A stretch of DNA of 64,000 nt from Octopus sinensis (GCF_006345805.1 NC_043010.1:18290001-18354000); one strand, 5' to 3'; counted from the first letter of the stretch, positions 1 through 13,846 are shown. Program-made: numbers and translations. The notes: a model not told the origin generated them from the sequence alone.

Positions 1-901
1 GCCACGCAGTGGGACCGAACTCAGAACATTGTGACTGGGAAGCAAACTTCTTACCACACAGTCACGCCTGCGCCTGTATTTCTTCTCTGCTCTTTTGACA
101 ATCCGTTATTGATTCACATTATGTATATTCTTTTTTTAAATATTCAGTGTTATAAATAAACATCGATGAAGATTATTCATTCTCCTATCAGTATTAAACA
201 TAACAAAACTCATTAGTCACTTCCGTTTGTACACTAATATTAGCTTTAGATTTTGGGGGGTTGAGAGGGGTTGAGTTGACCCAATTGTTTAACTGGTACT
301 TATTTTATCGTTCCCGAAAGGATGAAAGGCAAAATCGACCTCGGGGGAATTTGAACTCAGAACGTAAAGACAGATGAAATGTCACCAAGTATTTTGTCCG
401 GCGTGCTAAGCTCGCCGCCTTACACGCACGCACTAATATTTATATATATCAAATGCCCTCCGGTGAAATGTAAGGCTCAAGTTTTGGAACCAGGGCTTTT
501 AATAGAAAGACGCCAATGTAGGTCTCTGTACCGACATCGCCCCACTCCGTCCTTTAACTGAAGCACTTGCAGTGGATTTGAACACACGCTGCCCTCTCTG
601 TAGTGGTTTGACTCTCTTAGCAGTTCCAGCTGCGTCGCTTCCAATTATGGCATATAAAAATTAAGAAAAACAAAAACGAAAAAAAACAAAAACACATATA
701 AATATAAATAAAGAAATTATCGCGCCATACCATATAAGGTAAAAATTACAATTAGAATTAAACCATGTATGAGAAAAATGCGTTATAACAAAATACACGT
801 TAACAAACACAAAACATACAAACATGAAGTAAAAAACAACAAATAACGATAAATTTGAACACCATAAAGTAGGAGTTAAGACGAAATCGAAAAAGAAAAT
901 A

Positions 902-945
<44 letters not shown>

Positions 946-1628
946 CTACATCAAGGCCAAATAACGTTTTACACAGAATAACACAGCAAGAAGATCAACA
1001 GCACGGAGGCGAAACCATTCTATGGTTTGACTAAAAAGAAACAAAAAATAACAACAAATTAGCAAATTATTAAGAAAAAAAGAAATTTCAACAAAATGAA
1101 ATTTAGAGAAATGTAGAAAGATGCCGGAGAAAAGGCTTGTGTTAATAACATAGGAAGACTTACGTGAGCACTTGGATTAAGTTTTATCTCAGCCAGTCGT
1201 TCCACAAAACTACTTGTTATGGTTTCTGTAGATTAACATCCTCGTTGCTGTTGTTGTTGTTGCTGCTTCCTTTCTCGGATTTTTATGCTATTCTGTCGGA
1301 TATTGTTGCCACTGGGAAAGAATTACGATCGGTAACCTTGACAGCCAACTCTTGTTACTTACTGATTTAGTTTTCTGCTTTTTTTTTTCATTTTTCGTTT
1401 CCTGAAAGCTCTCCAACGGATCCCCATAAAGCTGTTTATGTATTCGTGTCAACACTGTACGACGACGTCTTATAGGATTTTAGTCGAGCCTCCATTGTCA
1501 AACTAACACACTTGCATAAATGCCAGGATTTTGATAAGTTTTCGTCACCTAAGCGAAACAGACTGTGAACACACACACACACATACACTTAAATATGTAT
1601 GTATATTTACACGTATATAAGAGATAAT

Positions 1629-1973
1629 GGATCTTTTCGGTTTGAACGGCAGTTTTTAACATAATTTCTAGGTAACTAAAAAATTTTAAACTTCGTATAC
1701 TGGTAGAATGTGTTTATAAAACATCTTTTTCTCTTGGATTTATTGAGAAAATTCTATAGTTTGTAAGATATCTGTTGTTGTTTTTCTTCAATTTTTGCAA
1801 TTTCAACCAATCAAATACGTCTATTGAGGTAAAAAAAACATTCTGTGTCGTATGAATATGTCCCTCGTTTAAGAAACAGATTGGGTTTATTTACATTTGT
1901 GAAGAAAAAAAGGATACCCTTCCCCCACCCCTAACACCGCTAGAAAAAACTGCCGTTCAAACCGAAAAGATCC
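1629..1973. mobile_element. Non-autonomous DNA transposon (MITE), Merlin-like
   Basis: TIR GGATCTTTTCGGTTTGAACGGCAGTTTTT at 1629 and its reverse complement ending at 1973. Perfect 8-bp TSD GAGATAAT (1621-1628, 1974-1981). 5'-GG termini plus an 8-bp TSD suggest Merlin rather than hAT (inference). Confidence 0.85.
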
Positions 1974-2864
1974 GAGATAATGGTGTCATTGAGACCCAAA
2001 GGTGTCAGGTAATGTTGAATAAATGCTATAGACAGACCATAGTTAAGTTCCAGATTCGGTAATATTGCGAATAAAGGGTTCAACGTTGGTTTTATGTCAG
2101 CGTGTGTATATATGAATTTTTTGCGTAATGAGATAAAAAAAACCAAGGCTGTATAGATATTAGAGCATTTATAGATAGAAGGTCTTACAGCTGTTTCTAG
2201 GATATTAATTAATAATATCCCTTCATCGGAGACGGTGTGAGAGGAAAATTTAAGTCATAGTTAGTTTCGATGTGATATAAATAGAGAGTATTTACACGTA
2301 TATGTAGCGGGAGGGTGCATGTGCACAAGCGTGTATGTTTGTGTGTGTGTGCATGCGCCTGCGTATGTTTGTGAGTTGATATTTTCATGTGCTTCAAATA
2401 GGGAGTCCCTGTTCTATGAGGGAGGCTGGCTTCTTATGTGTTCGTTACTTTTCCTGATGATCAGCTAAGTTGATGCGTCGAGAGAGACAACAACACTTTA
2501 TTCATGTTCGAATTTCACGAGTCTCTCAGCTCTTTAAGCTACAAATCTGGTAGAGACGTTTAGAGGAGCAATTATTGTCTACGAGGAGATGTGCCACTCT
2601 GTAGTTCCAATGTAAGAAGAGTAAATTCTTATGCAACTTCACACCAGTGTTGCGGCACGAAATACCAAACCAATATTGTCAACAACCCCGGTCTATAGTG
2701 GAGTGGTGGAAATGGATATAAGGAATGAAGGGTAGACTAGGGGCTGTGGGGCTGCGGTTGGGGAAGTAGGACTCGATGCTTTAAGCCAGCCATGTTCGTG
2801 AATTGAAGAAACAGGGAACACCATTCCCTACTTATCCCTCTTCGTTTCCATCACTACCTAACAT

Positions 2865-3340
2865 CATATTTGATCAATAAATGGACGACCTGTCAGATCA
2901 ATAACCTATTTGATCAATGACCTACCGATTTGATCAATAATCTATCTATCTGATCACTGACATACCTATCTCATCAATGACCTACCTACTTGATCATTGA
3001 CCAATCGATCTGATCAATGGCTTTAACTATACATTTATCTGAGCCAAGCTCTTCTACGTCACACTCTTTTTAACTCCTCTGTACGGCACCCTTCAAAGAC
3101 ACATTCTTCTGCGTCACACTCTACTGTATCAATTCCTCCATACCACACACTAATGCGTGACACATCTGTGTCACACTATCACGTCAGTTTCTTTTACTTT
3201 ACAATATGCTGTGTCACGTTTTGCATGTCACATCCTTATTTGTCACATAATTTGTTGGTCACCCTCTTTCACATCACAACCTTCAATGTCACACTCTCCT
3301 ACATCACACACTCCCATTGCAATCACAATCCTGTTCCACA
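2865..3340. repeat. Degenerate minisatellites (TTTGATCAATGACCTACC-like, then TGTCACAC-like units)
   Basis: TGATCAAT/TGATCA motif recurs every ~20 nt at 2865-3020; GTCACA motif recurs at 3055-3330. Confidence 0.6.
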
Positions 3341-4817
3341 TACACCTCCTCTGCTCCATACTTTTCTCTGACACATTTTTATATACCATATTCTTCTGCA
3401 ACTTTTCTGCTTCACAAACTTCTATAGTACACTCTTCTCTGGAATATTCATCCATAAACTACACTCTTCTTGGGACACAGTCTCCTATTTCACATTAGTC
3501 TATTCCCCTCACGTCTATACAATACATCATCCACGGCCCAGTCGTGCATTTACACGCATATTATCTATAAAGGGAATTTCTTCTCTCGAGATAACTTGAG
3601 CCGCATATTGTCTTTCCATGTCCGCATGTTACGCGAACAGGTTACACAAAACGTTACACGACTGTATTTCATTCAACGCTGCTCAGGGTACATTTAGTTC
3701 ATTTTTCCCTGTTTGACAAAGATTTTTACAAATAAGCAAATGTACTGTTTGCTATTCTAATATAAGAGTGACCGGTTCTTAGTGAACAAGAACGATGGCT
3801 GTAGCTGCGTCTTACGGCTCGATCACACCATTCATACCTAGGGGTGCATTTCGTGAAGAATTTCTTCTCTCGAGTCAACTTGAACAACGTATTGTCATTC
3901 CATGGCCGAATGTACACGAACATGATGAAAATGTGACTGTCCACAAATAGGATTTACTCAACGCTGTTTAGTGCGCCCTAAGTAATTTATTCCAGCCTGA
4001 CAAAGCTTTTCGTAAATCAGCAAATGTACCATTCGCTATTCTAATAAAAGACCGTAAGTCACATTCGTTTCTAAGATGTTAACAATTCCTGTGCTGTCTT
4101 TTGTGACTCAGACAAAAGAAAAAAAATGCCTTTGTTTGATGGCTTTTTTTCGCATTATATCTGCATATCCTTTTTTCACGAGTGTAGGGCATGTATGGTG
4201 TCTCTTTAATGCTGGTAGTGATTTGTGGGTTTTTTCTTTACTGTAGACACAAGCATGGCTCTGTGGGAAGAAGTTTTGTAGATGCAATTTTTTTTTAATA
4301 AAGCACTCCGAAATCAGAAAAGTCAAAAAATCCGCAACAATCTCGGTCCCATGAGTATCGGATAATGGGTTTTCAACAGTGTAAAGAAACTGATTGTGGT
4401 GACCGTAGTTTTGATGGTGATTGTGGTGAGAGGAGAGACAGTGTTGATGATGACGATGGTCGAGATAAGTATGGGAAGAGGATAAAATAGTATCGGTGGT
4501 TAAAATGGCGACAGGAGCGGTGTGATGTCTGATGCTGAGGTGATGGTGGTAATAGTGGTGTCGATGATAGTGTTAGTTATGTGATGGCGGTATTGCAGTG
4601 GTTATACTGGTTGTGGTAGTGAAAGTGACTGTCAAGGTAACCGTCATGATAACATTGATGGCGGTGTATGTGGTTGAAGTGGAAGCAATGACAATGTTTC
4701 TGATGATGTTGGTGGTGGTGGTGGTCGTCGTCGTAGAGCTTTTCTAGTTTATTAATACTACGAGCACAGAGAAGTCGCCCTGTTTTTGTTATTGTTGGTG
4801 GTATTATTGTAATTTTA

Positions 4818-6096
4818 TGAGGTGGCATCAAAGAGTTCCCCAACAAGCTATGTTTAAAAAAAAAATTATTTACCGAACCTTTAACATCCTCTCCTTCGAA
4901 AAAGTCACCTTGCGTAGCAATACGCCGGTCCCAGCATCCCTGCCACTTTTGGAATCCGGCCTGGAAGTCGTGGGCCTTCTGCGATTCGCTCTTGATCTCG
5001 CCGAGAGCGATGTTAAAACGGCGATCTTTCAGCTGCATTTTCGTCTTAGGGGAAGAGATGGAGATTGGCAGGAGCTAAATCTGGAGAATGGCGCGAGGAA
5101 CACAAGAGTGAGGCGAGCTCGGTGACAGGGTGCATTGTCGTCGTGAAGAATCCAGACGGTAGGATTGCTTGCACGGACCCCTATGACAGAACCAAATAAC
5201 CCCTTTGACAGACCCAAATGACCCCTATGACAGACACAAATGACCCATATGACACACATATGACCCCTATGACAGACCTTTATGACCCCTTTGACAGACC
5301 CCTATGACTCCTATGAGAGACCCAAATGACCCCTATGACAGACACAAATTACCCATATGACAGACCCATATGGCCCATATGACAGACCCATATGACCCCT
5401 TTGACAAAACCCTATGATCCCTATAAGAGACCCATATGATCCCTATGACAGACACAAATGACCCCTATGACAGACACAAATGACCCATATAACAGACCCA
5501 TATGACCCTTATGACAGACCCATAGGCCCCTATGACAGACCCCTATGATCCCTATGACAGACCCAAATGACCCCTATGACAGACCCTTATGACCCCTATA
5601 ACAGACCCATATGACCCCTATAACAGACTAACAACATCAGCAATGTCGCTGATTGTCCTCCGACGATCCTCATGCACAAACTGACGAATTTTCTCCGCAT
5701 TCCCGGAAGTGACCTCCGTGACAGGTCTTCCAGGGACGTTCTTCCACTTTTGAAGCGCGCCAGTGTCACTCAAAACATTGCGTATGACCCTTGGCCCCGT
5801 CGCCGTAAGCTTACCGAAGCATGCTCCATGTCTATGTAGGAAACTCCCCAAGTTTAACGCAAAATTTCACGTTGACTCTTTGTTCCAACTTCTTGTCCAT
5901 GACAAAAATTGCAGACTACAGCATCCACAGATGATCACAAAAACACAAATTTCACAACTTATCAAGTAAAGACACTGATGTCACTCGGCACACTGCCTCA
6001 CGAAGGTCGCTGCTAGCTCTTACTTCGCACACAACCTTGTGCTGTCATCTGTTGGCGCGCTACAGAACTAGTTCGGGAACTTTTTACAGCACCTCG
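4818..6096 (-). mobile_element. Mariner (DD34D-type) remnant, internally deleted, with a minisatellite inside the HTH
   Basis: Degenerate TIRs TGAGGTGGCATCAAAGAGTTCCC / rc CGAGGTGCTGTAAAAAGTTCCC with TA flanks (4816-17, 6097-98). Minus-strand peptides MKFCVKLG, GRPVTEVTSGNAEKIRQFVHEDRRRTISDIADVV, GSVQAIL, WILHDDNAPCH, FQKWQGCWDRRIATQGDFFEG. Confidence 0.85.
5176..5625. repeat. ~22-bp minisatellite (consensus GACAGACCCATATGACCCCTAT), about 20 degenerate units
   Basis: Directly visible tandem array with 9-nt and 13-nt subunits. Confidence 0.9.
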
Positions 6097-6329
6097 TAAC
6101 TCGAATGTTTATGCTTTCGTCCCCGGAACCTGACAACTTGATTGGTTGAATGAAATGTACATCGTTTACCCAGAGTATTCACAAGAATCCAACAGGAATT
6201 AATCGTATTCCACCCTAATGAAGCGCCCACGCTTATATAAAATGGTATTTTTTATAAGCTTAAAGTTTATGGCGATCACCGTGCAATGACTAAGGAAAAT
6301 AGTCTAATAAAGGGGTATGTGTGTATATA

Positions 6330-6372
<43 letters not shown>

Positions 6373-6647
6373 AGTTGAAACATTCCTGTCACAACATGGG
6401 ACCTTGAAGACTGCTTAAATGCAAGAAAGTAAGCTAGTCCCTTAATATTTTATATTCAATATTTCATCTATTCAACACTTCATTTCATTTTACTATATAT
6501 ACTATTTATACTATATATTCAATATTCTACATTAATATTATAAAGAATATAAATAAAACATAAAAAAAAACAGAGTTGGAATTCCTTTGAATAATATTGA
6601 TCTATTTATTTACGATCGAACGCCAAACATCCTTGTACACAGTAAGT

Positions 6648-6716
<69 letters not shown>

Positions 6717-6718
<2 letters not shown>

Positions 6719-7577
6719 GGATGCGATGAGTAAATGTTTTCCATTTTATATTTTTTAAATTGCGCATTGTTTATTTTTGATTTTATTAACGACACAGTAT
6801 AGTAGGGTCAGTTGAGCACCGTCTGTGAGAAAAAACAGCATGATGACGCAATTCACTCTACCAGAAATTTGGAAATGACATGCTGTACTACTGCTTGGCA
6901 TACGCGCTGGAAGTTCCAATATGAACATTTCAGAGTGTTTGAGTGTCAATCTGAGGACCTGTACTGAGAATGATAAAAATCAAACATCATGGTGTTTGGA
7001 GCTATCACTAGTGATGGCAATGTTATGCCCCCATTCATCTTCCCACACGGCCTCACACTCAACACGGAGGCCTACATCAAGTGCCTGGGGGAGGTAATGC
7101 TGTCCTGGGTCAAGAGGGTGGCTGCTGGAAGACCTTATGTTTGGCAACAGGACCCTGCACCATGTCACACAAGCAAGAGAACCCAGTCATGGCTGTCAGA
7201 CAATTTCTACGAGCATACCACCCCTAACATCTTGCCACCTAACTCTCCAGACTGCAACCCCCTTGATTATTATGTGTGGGGTGCAGTTGAGTGAGAGACC
7301 AACAAAACTCCTTGTATCACCAAGGATGAACTGATGGCAAGGATTATGGCAGCATTCACCAACTGAAACAAGGAGACTATACAGAAGAGTAGCAGAAGAT
7401 TCTGAAAACGTTTGGAGGCTGTGGTTGAAGTCATTGGCGATTTTATGGAATAAGTTTACTCTTTTAGTATTTTAAGATATTTTTATGTAATTTTGGTAAA
7501 TATATCTGTTAAAGTGAGATGTCAGGGTTATTTTCATTTTTGCATAATTTAGACGACAGTTTATTCACCGCACCCTG
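6717..7577 (+). mobile_element. maT/mori-type (DD37D) Tc1/mariner element, internally deleted
   Basis: TIRs CAGGATGCGATGAGTAAA / rc CAGGGTGCGGTGAATAAA with TA flanks. N-terminus MTQFTLPEIWK*HAV; C-terminus VWQQDPAPCH...NSPDCNPLDYYVWGAVE with 37 residues between the last two Asp (counted). Confidence 0.85.
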
Positions 7578-7670
<93 letters not shown>

Positions 7671-7952
7671 TATATATATGTATGTATATATATATGTATA
7701 TATGTATGCCTATGCATATGTAATCTATGCATATGTTTGAAAATGTGAAGACATGTGAATATAATATAGGACTATCAGACTAGGGCGGTTTTATGTGTAT
7801 ATGTTTGCCTGTGTACCTATGTATATGTGTACACGTATGTGTATATGTGTGTGTGTGTAGGGATGATATATACATATATATCTGTATATATGGACACTTG
7901 ATAATATCGATATTATCCTTATTTATATATATATATATATACATATATACAG

Positions 7953-7983
<31 letters not shown>

Positions 7984-8366
7984 ACATATATATACATATA
8001 TACAGATATATATATATATATACATATATATATACATATATATATATATTATACATATATACAGATATATATAATATATATTATATATATATATATACAT
8101 ATATACAGATATATATATATATATATACATATATATACATATATACAGATATATATTATATATATATATATTATATATATATATATACATATATACAGAT
8201 ATATAATATATATATACATATATACAGATATATATATATATACATATATATACATATATACATATATACAGATATATATATATATACATATATACAGATA
8301 TATATTATATATACATATATATATACATATATACATATACATATATATACATATACATATATATAC

Positions 8367-8399
<33 letters not shown>

Positions 8400-8489
8400 C
8401 ATATTACAGATATATATATACATATATGCAGATATATATATATATATACATATATGCAGATATATATATATATATATATACATATATGC

Positions 8490-8562
<73 letters not shown>

Positions 8563-8565
8563 ATT

Positions 8566-8610
<45 letters not shown>

Positions 8611-8695
8611 TATATATATATATATATATGTCTGTATATATCTATATATATCTGTACCCATATATGCATAGATATATTTATATATTATATTATTA
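7578..8695. repeat. Compound (TA)n microsatellite with CATATATACAGATA subunits
   Basis: Directly visible; source of the poly-IY ORFs. Confidence 0.95.
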
Positions 8696-8772
8696 TTGAG
8701 TGAGAGAGTAGTGCATGCCATTTATTATTATTATTATAATACGCGCGCGCGCGCACACACACACACATATAT

Positions 8773-8833
<61 letters not shown>

Positions 8834-9101
8834 TTTGCTTTTATTCTCTTCCTGATTATTCGCCGTCCAGCTTTGTGTTGAAAATAACATTGAATATCTC
8901 AGATCTTCAAACTCTAAGGACACCTCACCATTAAACGCCAACGTCACATTCCACACCATCACACCTTCCACCCCCGACTCACACCTCTCTTTACCACTGC
9001 ACCACAATTATTACCATCACCGCCACCAACACACACACAAACACATACACACACAAACACATACACACAAACACACAAACACACCCACACGCGCGCACAC
9101 C

Positions 9102-9151
<50 letters not shown>

Positions 9152-9699
9152 ACAGCATGAATACTGCACACTAGCGCCATACACACCATACGTCGTCAAC
9201 GTCAGTTCAGTCCACCCTGCACTCTACTCAACATTTCACCACCACCACCTCCACCACCATTATCTTCATCACCACCACAACTACCATCACCTCCCATACC
9301 ATCATCATTTTCAACACCACCGCCACAAACACTTGCATCACTACCACCACCACCACCACCACCACCACCACCACCACACCACCACCCCAACATTAACAAT
9401 TTCCCCCAACATCATTGCTACCCCTCAGCCGCATATGCACCCGACCAACATCAATCCCCTAACCCTGCCATCACCAGCGCTAACACCATCGCCAAACCAT
9501 CCCACCACATGTAATCCATCACCACCACCACCATCATCATCATCACCACCACCAAGAAAAGCTCTTACCCCTACCAACTCCCTTTTCTTCTACAAATCCA
9601 GTCCCATCTTCTTTCTTCAAGTGAAACCCTATCTATGTTATATTAAATGAAGCCCCTAACAAACCATGAAACCCTGTATAACAAACAAAATTAATAACC

Positions 9700-10640
9700 G
9701 CTGCTCGGGGCTCCCTTTGCTGCCATCTTGGATGAAGCTTTCTTATTTCGGTTATTTTCGTTTACTGTTCTTATTTGACCGCGCATTATTGATTTCTGTT
9801 TGACACCAGACAGAAATAAATCCTAACTTTCTCCATCTTTTTTTTTTCTTGGTTTAGGCTGAAATATAACGTCGTGGTGCTCATTCCTTTCCCGAAATAT
9901 CAAGTATGGTGGAGATAGATTTTATAATAATGATTGACTCGCATTTTACGGTGAAAGTACGGCTGATGCAATCGACCTTAGATAATTACTGGTACGTTAC
10001 CTCATCTACTCTGCGATAATGAAAGATAAAGTTTAAATTTGACGATGTTTCAGATGACGTCATAACACAAAAGCTTTACGACACACAGATGGCTGTGTAG
10101 CACATTATATAAGGTCCTTGAGATTGTGATTTAATAGGTTGTCATTCGGGTAGATACAGTGGTGAGTTATTCTATAAGAACTCGAGTTGAGGCGTCTGTG
10201 TAAGTTTATGTGTATTAGAGTAAGAAATCTTCGAATAGTTTCGGTTTGCAATGATACCATTTCGTCTGTTGATATTTTAATCTACCCTTGTCCTGCGTGT
10301 TGTTTTGACCAATCAAAAACCAGTAGTTTGTGGAGGTAATTGTCCTATAAAAGTGCAATAAAATCTATTCTCCTTCTTTTATGTTTGATAAAGACAAGTT
10401 TCCTTTTGCTTCTTGTGTTTTTGTCTTTTTTGTTCTGGCAACAACCCAGCGTCACACGAGTTACTTTGCTCATATTTCGTTTTCCCTTGATAGCAGTTAA
10501 CTTCTGTTTTTGCATAACCTCTACAGGGTTTCGGCCGGAATATAATGTTTACGTTCAACTGATAGCTTTTAGTTTGATAACATTTATCCGTTGGTATACA
10601 TTTTACTTCACAGCGCAAATTATTGCATTAACATAAAAAC
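9700..10640. mobile_element. Decayed Penelope pLTR-like segment with a degenerate hammerhead-like motif
   Basis: Minus strand ~10265-10222 reads CAGACGAAATGGT...ACCGAAACTATTCG (CUGANGA/GAAAC remnant). CCAAT (10309) and TATAAAAG (~10346) on the plus strand. Confidence 0.3.
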
Positions 10641-10766
10641 AGGAATTCTATATCTAACGTGCATTTTCACACCACGACTTGTAGCAGCTGTGTTAGTTTA
10701 AATCACTAGGAACATCCGTCGTCATCTATTTTATGTGTAAGTAAATAAAAAATTATCTATCTATCT

Positions 10767-10799
<33 letters not shown>

Positions 10800-10805
10800 A
10801 TATAT

Positions 10806-10849
<44 letters not shown>

Positions 10850-10870
10850 TACATACATACATACACACAA

Positions 10871-10906
<36 letters not shown>

Positions 10907-11506
10907 AACTAATTGCAGTTGTTATATTTGGGTATTTCCTATTTGTTCAAAATTTTATGGTACTTATGTTCTCGAGGGAAATGTCTGATTTGAAATCGCA
11001 TGATGCTTATAACTACAGAAATAATGATAATAAATATTACACAGTGTTCTCAATTCCTGTTTCATTTGATTTCAGCGTTGTTGTTTACCGACTTAGTTAA
11101 TTAGTGCATTTGTCAGGCCCAAACTTTATACTGATATGAGGGGCAGATCGTGTTCCCTTTTTCATTAATTGAAATGCCCACGCGTGAAGTATCATGCCAC
11201 TTTAAAAAAAAATATATTTTGTCCAGGTTGTGTGTAAGTTATTCCGTGTCTCCCTGCAATCTTCTAACATTATGCTGTTTATCAGTAGCTACTTTTTATA
11301 GCCATACGAGTCTTCCAGTAACCTTTTGACCCTTGAGTTAGAATGTTATTTCTGTCCAGCTTCTTATATATCTTCTTACTCAAGTTGTTGATAGGATTTT
11401 GTAGAAATTAGAAAGGTATATGGCTAGTCAATGCTTTTTTAGCGCCACCTACCTCAATATTTTTAGCTAGGAATATTATTTTCATCAGCCATTCGAGTTC
11501 CATTGG

Positions 11507-11904
11507 GGATCTTTTCGGTTTGAATGGCAGTTTTTAACATAATTTCTAGGTAACTAAAAAATTTTAAACTTCGTATACTGGTAGAATGTGTTTATAAAAC
11601 ATCTTTTTCTCTTGGCTTTATTGAGAAAATTCTATAGTTTGTAAGATATTTTATGTTTTTTTTCTTCAATTTCTGCAATTTCAACCAATCAGTGATGTCT
11701 ATTGAGGTAAACAACATTCAGTGCCGTATGAATATGTCCCTCGTTTAAGAAACAGATTGGGTTTAAGATACCCTTCTCCCCACCCCTAACCCTAACCCTA
11801 AAACAGATTGAAATGCAATAGATCGATACTAGGGTCATAATTATGGGTGACAATTTCATATGACACCGCTAGAAAAAAAACTGCCGTTCAAACCGAAAAG
11901 ATCC
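11507..11904. mobile_element. Second copy of the Merlin-like MITE
   Basis: Same TIRs and body as 1629-1973. TSD TCCATTGG / TACATTGG (7/8). Carries an extra internal segment with CCCTAA repeats. Confidence 0.85.
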
Positions 11905-12800
11905 TACATTGGTTATATTCTGATGAAGTTACGCGTGTGTTTCAACCAAAAACTTGCGATTTTGTCAACTCCAGTTCCTTTATATTCCCCGCTGTGATGT
12001 CTTCCTCTGCTTGTTATCTCGCAACATTTAATGTTTTGCTCACTTGGTTAATAAGACATTTGTTTAACGGCGTCTCTGTATTTCTCGTATCTTCTCCAAA
12101 ATGTCATTACATTTTATCTGCTTCGTAGATCTTCTTGTATTGTCTTGTCATCTATGTAATTTCGCTCACAGTCTTCGCTTATCTTCTCAAAGCATTTTAT
12201 ATTGTTAGAATTATTGAATTCATTCCCCACGTCCGTGTATTATTCACAACTGTCGAATTAATCTTTCGCGATTTTACAGACTAGTTTATTTTCAATTTTA
12301 AGATTTCTGTGTAATACTGCTTTTTTTTTGGGGGGGGGGGGGTTACATTTTTCTTTCCATTTTCATCTCAATTATTCCGGGTATATATTTCCTTTTGCGG
12401 TTCATCTCCCGCTGGATGTTTTTTTTTTCTTTCTAAGCAACATAGTATTCTGCACATTAGCCTCTCCCTTGGTTTGATGCCCCGCATCCTTTCCTACTCT
12501 AGACACAAGGCCCGAAATTTTGGGGGAGGGGGGGCCAATCGATTAGATCGACCCCAGTACGCAACTGGTATTTAATTTATCGACTTCTAAAAGGATGAAA
12601 GGTAAAGTCGACCTCGGCGGAATTTGAACTGAGAACATAAAGCCAGGCGAAACACCGTTAAACCGCACTGAATACAGGAATGGAGTGTGGCAACTTCTTC
12701 TGAACCTGGGTTATACGTTGAGCTTCACAGCACATATACATTCTATATGTATGTTATTATACGGCATAAAAATGTGTGTGAGTGAGTGACTATACACATA

Positions 12801-13691
12801 CACACACGCGCGCGCGCAGAAAGTAAATAGACACCTTTAATTTTCAAAATTTCTTATCTAAGTATCTTAATATGTTTTCAGCGGTGTAGAATTTACAAAG
12901 TAATTATTCTTTTTCATTCCAGGTGCCATTATATTAAACATCTGCGAAGAGTAACCATGTCACGCACAAAAAATTCAATAGAACTGTCAGATTTTCAAAG
13001 AGGTCGTATTGTCGGGCAATCTGAGTCTTACCAGTGGCCGACTTCAAACTCCTCGCTACCGTTAATGAATTATAGTACAATTCGCCAAGAGAATCGGATT
13101 CTCGTTCTGGCCGACCTGAGCCCTCGGAAAGGAAGCTTTGTTGTTTGAAGAGAATTGTCGTTCTGAGCTAATCGAATGTGTTGGAACCATAAACTCTGAA
13201 AAATACATCGAAATACTTAAGCAAGGACTACTTCCAATGTATTCACATGATAACATAACGAAAAAGGAATTTTTATTCATGGAAGATGGGGCTCCATTCC
13301 ACACAAAGGAAAGGAATCAACAATGGTTGACTGAAAATGGGATCAAAAAACTTCCCTTCCTTAGTCAAGCCAATCTCCTGACATGAACCCAACTGAAAAT
13401 CTTTGGAGCATACTAGATAGAGCTGTACGAAAAACTCAACAGAAACCTAAATCTAAAGATGAATTGCTTCGATTGTTGCGTGAAAAGTGGACAGAAATTC
13501 CAGAAGAGACAATCACAAAGCTCATCAGTTCAATGCCAAAAAGAGTTTCTGAATTAAAATCTGCAAAGGGAATGTCAACTAAATACTAAAGTATGTAGTC
13601 CTACCTATCGATTACATTTCAATTGTTTGCTTTGCATATTAAATAAAAGATTTTGAAAATTAAAGGTGTCTATTTACTTCCTGCATGTGTG
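12801..13691 (+). mobile_element. Tc1 (DD34E) element, internally deleted and frameshifted
   Basis: 34-bp TIR core CAG(A/G)AAGTAAATAGACACCTTTAATTTTCAAAAT at 12817 and reverse complement at 13650-13683, TA flanks. MSRTKNSIELSDFQRGRIVG start; FMEDGAPFHT...(frameshift)SPDMNPTENLW gives D34E; stop at 13587-13589. Confidence 0.9.
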
Positions 13692-13810
13692 TATTTATAT
13701 ATAATAATAATAATAATAATATTAGGTGGTTCCTCTCTAATGTACATACATACATACATATATATATACATACATACATATATACATACATATATATATA
13801 CATACATACA

Positions 13811-13846
<36 letters not shown>

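Noticed and set aside
2450-2480. CTGATGA-TCAGC-TAA-GTTGA hairpin (also 1530-1560 and ~46225) as hammerheads
   Set aside because: GAAA, core or stem I missing; too decayed to call.
7519-9650. Many long ORFs (poly-IY, CV, HT, poly-G/H)
   Set aside because: Translations of microsatellites. The same applies to ORFs at 23496-24005, 40249-41138, 45573-46154 and 63541-63996.
11780-11802. CCCTAA telomere-like repeats
   Set aside because: Only about three units, internal to a MITE; not a telomere or fusion site.
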